From a virus (lineage: Duplodnaviria > Caudoviricetes): DNA of 64,000 bases. The stretch spans positions 1-64,000 of the IMG/VR virus record IMGVR_UViG_3300035544_000079; one strand, 5' to 3'. Within the stretch, counting starts at the first letter, position 1. Each line of letters begins with the position of its first letter. The position numbers and the translations under genes were made by a program. The notes beneath the pieces are model-generated. The model was not told where the DNA came from, made no database searches, and saw only the letters and a program-made list of their open reading frames with translations. This document shows, piece by piece, positions 54,663 through 64,000 of the stretch.

Positions 54663-56623
54663 CTATTTCTTCCATTCTTCTAAGTCTTTAATAATAAGGC
54701 ATCTTCTATCTAAATAATTAAGGCTTTGTTTTAAATCTCTTTGACCTAATATTCCTCCATAAGAATTTGAGATAATAATTAATCTTTCCTCTGTTTTTAC
54801 TGTGTTAATTACCCTAATAATATCTTCTATAGTATTTAAAGTTTCCAATTCTTTCTCCTTTTAAAGTAAAATATATAACAAAATACAAAGTATAATTAAA
54901 ATAACAAGGAAATTAAGACCTATTGAGTCTACTTTAATCTCATCTTCCATTTCTTTAATTTCTTCTTTTGTTCTATATTGTTTACCTTTATAAAAATAAG
55001 CTCCCATATCAATCCTCCACAAATATATTATTCTTAGCTCTATATTCAAGCTCTTCTTTTAAAGTATCTACATAAATACCCTTATAACCGTCATTTATAT
55101 AAAGCTCTTTATTAAGGTCTTCATGTTGAACATAATCGTGAGTAAACCTTGAAACAAGCTCTGTTCCATCAGGTGTTATAATACTATTTCTTAGGATTCT
55201 TTTTTCCATCTATTTCTTCACCTTTCCTTTACCTTTACTATTGCCTTTAGTTCCAATAGGAACAATCTTACTATCAATCTCTTTAGTACCTCTTGATTTA
55301 CGTTCTTTTTCAATAGCTTTCAACAAAGGTTCATAAAGAGCTTTTTCTCTTTTACTTTGTTTTGAACTAATTATCTTAATAATATGTACTAAATGCTCAT
55401 TTGAATAAGAACTTACTTTCTTAATTTCTTCTTTAATTTGTTTTGTTAATTTCTTTTCTTCGTCTTTGTTCATTATATCCTCTACATACTTAATTTACTA
55501 AGATTTTTCTTAAGATTTTGTTTAAAATCATTATATTTTAACATAAGTTTATAAACTTCTTTCTTAATTAAAAGTTCTTGATAATTACTATCCTTACAGT
55601 ATAAATGAATGTTACTTCCTAAATTATAAAATTCAGTAATATCCTTATCTAATTGAATATACTTCTCAGCTTTTGCCGACTTAGATACTTTAGTAAGGCT
55701 CTTCTCTATTTTACTTTTATAAGTAAAGCACATAGTACTCATACTGTTTAAAATATCCTCTTTGTATTCATTTGCTGATAAGCTACTTAATAAACCCAGT
55801 ACTGTAACTCCTGTTACTATAATCTTTTTCATTTATTCTCCTTCTTTTCTAATCTTGTTTTTCTGTTAATTTATAATCTACTTCTAATAAAATATCAAAG
55901 CAATTATAAACACCATTAATCTTATTATCTCTAATTATGTAATAAGTAAGTATATACTCATAAACCTTAAAAGAACATAAAAATGGAATAAATAATCTAA
56001 ACATAGTGAACAAATTATATTCAGATAATCTTTTATATTTCTCAGCTTTTAAAATACCCTTGGTTGTATTAAGTGTTTCCCAAGATATAACTCCAAACCA
56101 TATTGTATAAATTCCTATTGAAAGAAAGTTAAACAAATAACCTACTAGAACTATTAAATAAATATCATTCATTTATTCCCCTTATTTACTTTGTTTAAAG
56201 AATCTAATAATTCTTGTTTTTCTTTAACTTCCTTTAAATACTCTTGTATTTCTAAATCATCTACTATATCTTCATCTTTTACAGCTATTTCTAGTAAGTC
56301 ATTTATATAATCATCCATATTAATAATTACTCCTTTAAAGTCATCTGTAAAAGGACAATAAAGATAAATTTCTATTTCACCTTTTTCTTCAGCTAAAAAT
56401 AAAGGGTAAAGTTCCTCTAATATTTCTTCTTTATCTTCTTCTGTTTCCTCATAACAAATAATATCTCTTCCTCTGTTTCCATCAATATCTGCTCCGTAAC
56501 TATGTTCAATATAAAACATATTTTCTCCTTTTGTTTTTTATTTTGTTTTGATAAGATAATTATAATAGAAGTTTTATTAAAGTAAGCTTAAATATAATTA
56601 AGTAAGTATAAATAGTAGTATAT

Positions 56624-56687
56624 ATTATAGAAAGGTATTATAGAAAGGTGTTATAGAAAGGTGTTATAGGGAAGTAGTATAGAAAGT
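56624..56687 (+). repeat. tandem 13-bp repeats (RTTATAGAAAGGT)
   Basis: Three near-perfect and two degenerate units in an intergenic region. Confidence 0.85.
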
Positions 56688-57255
56688 AGTATTAGAGGGA
56701 ACTAGCCCTCTAAAGATTCTTGTAAATTTTTTATTTTAGTTTCTAGAATAAATATTTCATTAAGCAAGATTTGGTTAGGACAATTTGAAATATTACCTAG
56801 TATTAAATCATTTAAAGAATAACTTATATTAGGGTCTATCTGCTTTGACTTTTCAGTTATAAGTGTCTTGAGAGTTTTTATTCTCTCAAGTTTTTCTTGG
56901 TATGTTATTTTAGTAGTTTCCATAGTTCTCCTTTATTTTGAGATTGATACTAAACAAGTATCTTCGTTATAATGTATTTGAGATGGTTTGATTTAGTAAC
57001 TAACCATGTTTGTAGCTCATCTCTTGTATAAGTTGGTTGAGGCATATTTCTAGCCCTACAATTAGTTCTTTGTGTAGTATGAGTTTCAGTAATAAATACT
57101 TTAGGCATTTTTCTACCACAAGATTTACATAATCCTCTTTTATAAAAACCTTTTTTAGGTCTTTCTTGTTTACATTTATAGCAATATTTTGTTTTAAATT
57201 TGACTCCCTTAAATTATATTTATTTTATTATAACAAAAGGAGTCTTAAATATTGC

Positions 57256-58569
57256 TTAATTTTTGTTAAGGTTTTTATCTTGTTCTACTTCTAACATATC
57301 AATCTTGAATAAGTTCCTTGAAACCTCTCCATATTTTTTATGATAAGTAATAGCTTTAACTTCCCCAACATTACCTCTAAATCCTGCTCCATCAGCCCAA
57401 GCATCTCTAGGGGGTAAGTTTTTATGAATCTCAATAGACATCATAGCATCTTCTTTAGATAACATTTTATGATTAGAATGTAAATGACCTATATTCCAAT
57501 ATCTATATTTAGTTTCTGAGAAAATATCAATATTGTCTTCAATCATACATTCTGTTAATTTAGTTTTATTTAAGATGGTATGCCCATGTGAAAAGCCTAA
57601 CAGCACTTTATTAAACTGATAGTACTGTGTTAGCCTATTATCCCCAACAATCTCTACTCTAGGTTCATCTTTAAAATAAGCCCGTAATACTGCTTTTAAG
57701 TAGTAACTAGAGTTCTCACTATGATTACCTGAAACAGATAATACTTTTACATATTTATGCTTTTGTAATGCTTTTTTCACTAACTCAATCATAATACTAA
57801 AAGTTTCTTCAATAATTCTACTATGCCTACTATCCACATCTAGCGAATGACCTGAAACCGTTTGTTTTGTATCATCATTTGCATGAAGTAAATCCCCCAT
57901 TTCGGCTATTAAACAAGTTTCAGAATTAGGAGCAACTGTCATAAGATAATCAAAACTTCCTAAAATCCACTTTCTAGCAATTTTTAAATCATAGTTATAT
58001 CCACTAATTTCTTCTAAAGCTAACATTGCAATATGTAAATCTGTGTAAGGGTACATAGTCAATAAATCTGAATTTTGAGCTAAAGTTAAATCACATTTAA
58101 TAGGTGTGTATTTTTCATTAGCCTTATTTAAAATACTTGCTAATGCTGTTTCTACTCTTTCCATCTCAGCATCTTCTGTTAACTCTCTTTTGACTAAGGA
58201 TTTAATCTCTTTCCTAAGAACATTATTGTTATGTTGTTGAGTCATAACAGATTTTCTAAGCTTTAAGTTTTCTTTTACAACACTCTCTAATTCTTCCTCT
58301 AATTTATGTTCAATATCATAATCTGCTCCAGATTCAATAGCTAAGTCTTTATTTAATTTAAGAACACTTTCAGCTCTTTCTGCTTTAGTAGCATTTTTAA
58401 AACCAATTTGATAAGCAAGGTATCTAAAAGAATTATAATCAACCTTGTAATCCTCACAAAGAGTTCTTAAAGGTCTATCCTTATCTTGATATTCTTGTAA
58501 GAACTTATTAAAATCTTCTTGACTTAAGTCAAACCTATCTTTAAATTCATTTACTAATTTTGTTTTCAT
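57256..58569 (-). CDS. metallophosphoesterase with N-terminal helical/coiled-coil domain
   Basis: TDLH, MGDLLH, SGNH, SHGH, IGHLH motifs. Confidence 0.85.
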   Translation of the reverse strand: MKTKLVNEFKDRFDLSQEDFNKFLQEYQDKDRPLRTLCEDYKVDYNSFRYLAYQIGFKNATKAERAESVLKLNKDLAIESGADYDIEHKLEEELESVVKENLKLRKSVMTQQHNNNVLRKEIKSLVKRELTEDAEMERVETALASILNKANEKYTPIKCDLTLAQNSDLLTMYPYTDLHIAMLALEEISGYNYDLKIARKWILGSFDYLMTVAPNSETCLIAEMGDLLHANDDTKQTVSGHSLDVDSRHSRIIEETFSIMIELVKKALQKHKYVKVLSVSGNHSENSSYYLKAVLRAYFKDEPRVEIVGDNRLTQYYQFNKVLLGFSHGHTILNKTKLTECMIEDNIDIFSETKYRYWNIGHLHSNHKMLSKEDAMMSIEIHKNLPPRDAWADGAGFRGNVGEVKAITYHKKYGEVSRNLFKIDMLEVEQDKNLNKN

Positions 58570-59372
58570 TTATCTCCTTTAATCTTTATCATCTTCAAAT
58601 ATTTCACCACAGTCCTCACAATTAGTATCTAATGAGCTAATTTCCTCACCACAGTTAGGACAAGTAAGGTAATCAAGAGGACTATATCCACTACTTAAAC
58701 AAATATCTAATCTTTCAGCTTCTTTAAGAAATTCTTGATTATCAGTTACTAATGTAATATCTCCTTTTTCAATCTCTCCATAAATTTCCGAGTGTTTACC
58801 TAATACCTCACCGAAGTAAATTTCCTTACCTATTAAAGCATCAACTTCTTCTTGTGTTGCTAAAAACCTACCTTCTAAATCACCATTTCTACCACAATCC
58901 CAATAGAAATCATATAGATTAACTTGTTCTTCCATTAATTTTCCTCCTCAATAATATTAATTAAATCATAAACTTGTTCCTCTAAACAAGTTCCACCATT
59001 ATAAAAATTAAATTCGTATTCTACTTGTCCACTCTCCTTAACCCTGTATTCAAAAATATCTCCGTTGGGGTCTTTTTCTTCATTTTGTATTTGGTAAATC
59101 CTATCATTATTAATATAGTAACCATAGTCAGCTAAAGTATCATAACAAAACGCTCTAAAATCACTTTCATCAGTTAAATCATAATAACTAGGAACTTTAA
59201 TATTCTCCTCTTGAACTAATTTATTAATAAAGTCTTTTGGACTCATTCCTATTGAGACTCTTTTTAGAGTTCCTTTGTGTCTTTCATAATAACTTATTAT
59301 TTCTCCTTTATTTTAAATTTATTTGAAAAGGTATCATACTTCATAATACTTTAAACCTATCTTAAGTACATC

Positions 59373-61016
59373 TTAAAAAGTATCCTTTGCTTCAAATATT
59401 TGATTAAACCTCCTTAATTTAGTTATCTTTTCAGTATATTCCTCCTCATGCCATGAGAATTTCTTCATTGGTGCTAATAAAGCAAAATGACTTTTCTCAT
59501 TAAAGTTAAAGATAAATACCTCTTGGTTAATAAAGTTAGGAACAATCTCAGGGCTTTCACTTATTCTAGTTGTATGAAGAATAATCTCTTCTTTATTATC
59601 TAAGAAAGTAAACCAACCTCTATTCCTTCTTCTATTAAATTCCGTTAAAACAGCTTTTCTATATTTTACTCCATTAGTAAGTAATAATAAATTCCTAAAC
59701 ATAATAGTTATAGGTAACTTATCTCCTAAACTTATATTAAGTAAAAGATAATTTAACAAATGGTGTAAAGAATGAAATACAAAACCTTGTTGTTTATGAA
59801 GCTTTACTTTTCTTACTCCATATTCATCAGCAAAATGTTGTATATTTTTCTTTAATTGTTTAATATCTTTATTATATGTACTATAACTATATTGGTATTT
59901 CATAGCTTTTTCTGTTAAGAAACTGTTACAAAGCTTTTTCTCTGTACTACAAACAAGAACATCTAAACTATTATCTTGATTAATATAACCTATAAATAAA
60001 AATGTTGTACTTTTCATTCCCCTACGAGCCATTGTTTCAAAATAATCTTTAAACATTCCCTCAATATTTGTTTTAATAATACTTCCGTATCTTAAGAAGT
60101 AACAAATCTTTTTAGGATTTTTATTATAAGAACTTCCTTTATAAAGAAATACTGGAAATCTTGGGTGATATTCTGTATCATCAAGAGGTTTTTCTAATGA
60201 CTTTTTCCACATATATATCTTTCTAGCCTTTCTTCCACGTTCTCTATAATAATCCCTTATTTCTCCATCAGTAGGTAATACAATCTTATCCTTCCACTTA
60301 CTGCCACCAAAACCTTTTAAGTCCATAAATTTATAGAAGTTTCTTTCATTAACTTCTGAACCTTTACCTATAAAATGTCTATGAAGAATAACCTTATCAG
60401 TTAATGCCATATACCTTTGCATTTTAAGTTTTTGATTATCCCAAAGTTCTTTAAGAAGGTGTTTAGGAACTTTAAAAACATTATCTCCATTAATAAACTT
60501 AACTAAAAAGTCCTGAAGGTAATTACTTTCTGAATAAATATACTCCTCAAAATAAGGTCTAAGTTCTTCTTCCTTAACACCATATTCTACCATAAAATCT
60601 AGTTGAGGAAAATTAATGTTCTTTCCTGTTTTAGTATCTTTTTCTAAATCACTTTCTAAGGGTAAAAACTTATCCGTAGGAATTGGACTAAACAAAAGCC
60701 TTTTAACAAAATAACCAATAACAATATTAAGTTCAGCTCTGTTATCATTATTCCTATACAGAATCTTTCTTAAATAAGCTTGTTTATCTTCAGCACTTGG
60801 AATCTTATCTAACTCGTGAATAAACTCCATAAAAATCCTAATAATAGTATCCTTAATAAAAAATATATTAAAAGTTGTTTTTAATTTACCTTTCTTAGGA
60901 ACTGTTATAGCTTTCTTTGTAGACATAAGATTTGGAACATACACTTCTTTAGTCTTTTCTTCTTGTTCTACTTTAGAGAACGATTGTTCTACATTTTGTT
61001 CTAACTCTTCTGACAA
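59373..61016 (-). CDS. large hypothetical protein
   Basis: 547-aa ORF, TTG start directly after the upstream stop codon. Confidence 0.6.
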   Translation of the reverse strand: MSEELEQNVEQSFSKVEQEEKTKEVYVPNLMSTKKAITVPKKGKLKTTFNIFFIKDTIIRIFMEFIHELDKIPSAEDKQAYLRKILYRNNDNRAELNIVIGYFVKRLLFSPIPTDKFLPLESDLEKDTKTGKNINFPQLDFMVEYGVKEEELRPYFEEYIYSESNYLQDFLVKFINGDNVFKVPKHLLKELWDNQKLKMQRYMALTDKVILHRHFIGKGSEVNERNFYKFMDLKGFGGSKWKDKIVLPTDGEIRDYYRERGRKARKIYMWKKSLEKPLDDTEYHPRFPVFLYKGSSYNKNPKKICYFLRYGSIIKTNIEGMFKDYFETMARRGMKSTTFLFIGYINQDNSLDVLVCSTEKKLCNSFLTEKAMKYQYSYSTYNKDIKQLKKNIQHFADEYGVRKVKLHKQQGFVFHSLHHLLNYLLLNISLGDKLPITIMFRNLLLLTNGVKYRKAVLTEFNRRRNRGWFTFLDNKEEIILHTTRISESPEIVPNFINQEVFIFNFNEKSHFALLAPMKKFSWHEEEYTEKITKLRRFNQIFEAKDTF

Positions 61017-61622
61017 TTATTTCTCCTCAAGTAGTAATTTTAAAGTATTTTTAAAAGAGTAATAGTTATCTTTAGATTTTCTATACTTTAATTCTAAATC
61101 TTTTTCTATTTTATCAATATTATTTTTATAATAATTCAAGAAAAACTCTTTACCTTGTGAAGTTAGAATATCAAAAAGGTAAAAAGGATTAACATAATTG
61201 TTATAAGGATTATGGAGATTTCTACCATATTCTATATTATCTAGGTACTCTACTCCTTTATAAATTCCTGATTTTATAACTAAATTATTTGAACCACTTC
61301 TCTCCCTCCAACCTCTACTATAACCTAGATTGTTTTTATGTAATGTAGTATCCACTGTTAAAAAACTCAAAAACTTTTCCAATTCAATAGGATTTTTGTT
61401 ATTATTCATTTGGCATTTATCTGTACCTAGCTTTCTTTTTAATTCTTCTAAATCCATATTTTCTCCTTTTATTTTAATGTTTCATTTATAAGTAGTATTG
61501 TAACAATATTAACCTTAAAGTTTCATTAAAAGTATATTAATAACACTTGGTTATAAGTATAGGCGTTTTTATGTTAGTTTAAGGTTAGTTGTAGTAAGTA
61601 GTTTGTTAGTATCTCAAGAGGA

Positions 61623-63320
61623 TTATTCCTCCCAAGATAGTGTAGATTGATTATCTTCTCTATAAACATTTAGAGTGTAATCACTTTCGATAGTTTCACC
61701 GTGATGGACGGTGATTATACTTTTATTAGGAAACTCTTTAGTAATATATCTTAAAAGCTTTCCTACTTCTTTCTTCCCACTCTCATCAATATTACTTAAA
61801 ACCTCGTCCAAGAATAATAAGTTAATATCAACATTTGTAAGTGTTTTAATACTTAAGTTCAAAGCTAAACATAAAAGAATATCTACCCTTCTTTGTGTTC
61901 CAGAACTTAAATCAATGTACCTTTGTATTAAACCTTGTTCTTTATAAACAAGTTCAAAAGTATCTTTAGAGGTATTCTCTACCCAAATATTAATTTCATT
62001 ACCTAAAGCTTTTGAACTAATCTTTGAAAGAGTTCCATTAAAAAGTTCTATAAATAATTTGATTCTTTCTTTTACAAAGCCCTTAGCTCCAGTACAAGCT
62101 TTAATCAATTCATAAACATAAACTTTATCTCTAAATTCTGTTAAAGCAATTTCATTAGAAACTATTTCTTCATTAGCCTTAGCTAAGTCTTTTCTCAGCT
62201 TATTCCTAAGAGTTACTTTATCTGAACTTTCTTCATTAGCTTTTATCTCTTTGAGTCTTTTAATCTCATTCTCTAAAAGGATTTCTTCTTTAGTAATCTT
62301 TTCAAACTTTGTTCTTAATCCTTGTAAGATTTTATACTTCCCTAAGTTATTTGTTTTTAAATCTTTCCTTTGAGTTGCTAGTTCAGTAATCTGTTCTTGA
62401 ATATTTTCAAACTCACCTTTCAAAGAATCAATATTCTTAATCTCTTGTTTGCAGGTAGGACATTTACTAAGATTAAGTATCTTTGAACTCTCTGTTTGTT
62501 GTTTCTTAAGAAAGTCTATTGAACTTGTTAATTCATTTACTTTACTTTCTTGCCCTTTTATTTCAGACTCAAATTCTTGTAACTCTTTTTTGGCTTTACT
62601 TTTATTATAAACAATTTCTTCAAGAGTTTCCTCTTTGGTTGTTATATCAAGAATATCTACTGAGTTATGTTTAATCATATCTAGGTGTTCTTTAAGATTA
62701 TTAACATTACTTTGTAAAATACTTTGTTCCTTGACTTTCATATCAAGCTCTAACTTAAGAGACTTTAATTCAATATCAGCTTTTTTATTAATATCTGTTA
62801 TGAACTCTAAACTAAGTAACTCTTTAATAAAATTACTTTGAGCTGTATCCTCAGAGGTACTAAATAAGCTTAGTTTCTGAGGACTTAAAAAGAACAATTT
62901 ACTAAAAGTATTAAAACTTAAACCTAATTCTTTTTCAAGTTCATTTTGTTTAGTTACTTTATTAGAGTATCCACTAGGAATATCATTAATATAATATTCA
63001 AAAAAGTTCTTAGAATAATCTCTTTCTATAATAAGTTCATCAATAGAATCTTCTCGGATAAGGTCTATATAAATCTTTCCATAGAATTTCTTGTTAGTAT
63101 GTTTATTATAAATTTCTTTTTGAGCTTTTCCTATTAAATTCTTTCCGTAAATACATTGACAAACTAAAGAAGGTAATGAGCTTTTGCCACTTCCATTAGA
63201 ATCAAACTTTCCATCAGTTTGACCATTAAGAGCTACTAACCCTTCTCTATTTTCAAAGGAAACTTCTGCATCATTATACAAAAGAAATCCTTGTGTTTCT
63301 ATCTTTTTAATTTTTACCAT
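61623..63320 (-). CDS. SbcC/Rad50-like ATPase (gp46-like)
   Basis: NGSGKSS Walker A, CPTC zinc hook, LSSG signature, LFLDE Walker B; ATG 63320 fits better than 63380. Confidence 0.9.
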   Translation of the reverse strand: MVKIKKIETQGFLLYNDAEVSFENREGLVALNGQTDGKFDSNGSGKSSLPSLVCQCIYGKNLIGKAQKEIYNKHTNKKFYGKIYIDLIREDSIDELIIERDYSKNFFEYYINDIPSGYSNKVTKQNELEKELGLSFNTFSKLFFLSPQKLSLFSTSEDTAQSNFIKELLSLEFITDINKKADIELKSLKLELDMKVKEQSILQSNVNNLKEHLDMIKHNSVDILDITTKEETLEEIVYNKSKAKKELQEFESEIKGQESKVNELTSSIDFLKKQQTESSKILNLSKCPTCKQEIKNIDSLKGEFENIQEQITELATQRKDLKTNNLGKYKILQGLRTKFEKITKEEILLENEIKRLKEIKANEESSDKVTLRNKLRKDLAKANEEIVSNEIALTEFRDKVYVYELIKACTGAKGFVKERIKLFIELFNGTLSKISSKALGNEINIWVENTSKDTFELVYKEQGLIQRYIDLSSGTQRRVDILLCLALNLSIKTLTNVDINLLFLDEVLSNIDESGKKEVGKLLRYITKEFPNKSIITVHHGETIESDYTLNVYREDNQSTLSWEE

Positions 63321-63518
63321 AACCGTAATACTCCTTTGAAAAGTTTGGTCTATGGGGTAAATCATTATCAAAAATACCAAATCTTCTTTTATGTTTACTA
63401 TGAGGTTTTGGTAGTCTCATTCCTAAATCTTCTACAAGATTACATTCTAATTCTATCTCTCCACTTTTTGCTTTTAAAATTTTATCTCTCTTTTCTTCGT
63501 CCGTCATTCCTCCTCCTT

Positions 63519-64000
63519 TTAATCTTTTTGTTCAACTTGACTTTCTAAAGTAGTATAGGTAGAAACTAATTTATCTTCAAGTCTTTTATCTTCATTTGTT
63601 TTAACAATATATTCTAACAAGTTTTTGCTTACAGATTTCTTATCTAAACATTGTTTTACTAATTTATTGTAATTAATCTTTTGATAATCTGTATCATTCA
63701 TACTAAGATTGATAAATTCTCTTATACAAAAGTTATCTATATCTTTATGTTCTTTAAAAGCTCTTTTAATTTTATCTATCATAAATTTTTTACCATAAAT
63801 TCTTACTTTATAAAAAGCTTTATTATCTTTATTGTCTTGCCTCATTTCTTCAATAATATTATCAATATTATCTAAATCCTCTAACTTAATATGTTTAAGT
63901 TTTTTTTGGTAAGGACTTTCTTTATTGAATAATACTATTCGTTTATATTCCCCAGTTTCTTCATTAAGTAATAATACCGAAGGAGTTGAACTAAGTTTGT
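63519..64000 (-). CDS. C-terminal part of probable SbcD/Mre11-like nuclease (runs off window)
   Basis: Frame of 63519-63845 stays open to the window edge; lies upstream of the SbcC-like gene. Confidence 0.5.
   Translation of the reverse strand, partial: KLSSTPSVLLLNEETGEYKRIVLFNKESPYQKKLKHIKLEDLDNIDNIIEEMRQDNKDNKAFYKVRIYGKKFMIDKIKRAFKEHKDIDNFCIREFINLSMNDTDYQKINYNKLVKQCLDKKSVSKNLLEYIVKTNEDKRLEDKLVSTYTTLESQVEQKD

Noticed and set aside
56624-56687. CRISPR or TIGR-like array
   Set aside because: Units are directly tandem with no spacers, and no cas or Nop-domain gene is present.
9037-63875. Antisense and overlapping ORFs in the track (e.g. 9037-9357, 21823-22152, 24664-25095, 33826-34041, 40611-40862, 61711-61947)
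   Set aside because: They shadow well-supported genes on the other strand and lack SD sites and motifs.
1-64000. Genome-wide stop-codon reassignment (TAG or TGA), prompted by in-frame stops at 2341 and 24875
   Set aside because: TAG ends many coherent genes (nrdA, DGR target, tail tube; TAG inside a terminator at 56702) and TGA forms normal ATGA overlaps. Long genes are not fragmented.
1-64000. tRNA genes, integrase/att sites, second DGR target
   Set aside because: No T-loop/cloverleaf pattern, recombinase motif or second TR-like repeat was found by eye; tRNAscan-SE and a BLAST of the TR would be needed to exclude them.

Overview
Very AT-rich tailed dsDNA phage segment, siphovirus-type, with no host genes, integrase, tRNA or CRISPR array seen. 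The host is probably a Gram-negative Campylobacterota bacterium (inference from spanins, GH108 endolysin and TTTAAG/TATAAT promoters). 1-20.5 kb (minus strand): small early genes and nucleotide/DNA metabolism (SLOG protein, PIN, endonuclease VII, MazG-like, SSB-like, nrdB, intein-containing nrdA, ClpP-like, thyX). 21-49.6 kb (plus strand): packaging, HK97-type head, lambda-like tail with a -1 frameshift chaperone, a diversity-generating retroelement (DGR) acting on the tail-fibre/receptor-binding gene, and a lysis cassette. 49.7-64 kb (minus strand): HNH, phosphoesterases, SbcC/SbcD-like genes. Main observations: (1) the DGR has no avd gene in the cassette; 24 of 31 TR adenines are changed in the VR, and the VR has an extra codon; (2) two paralogous PolA/T7-RNAP-fold proteins both appear to start at ATA codons after strong SD sites, and a third gene appears to start at ATT; (3) a ~350-nt structured, repeat-rich non-coding element precedes a coiled-coil gene flanked by 13-bp direct repeats; (4) two phage-specific promoter-like motif classes. 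All alignments and counts were done by hand.
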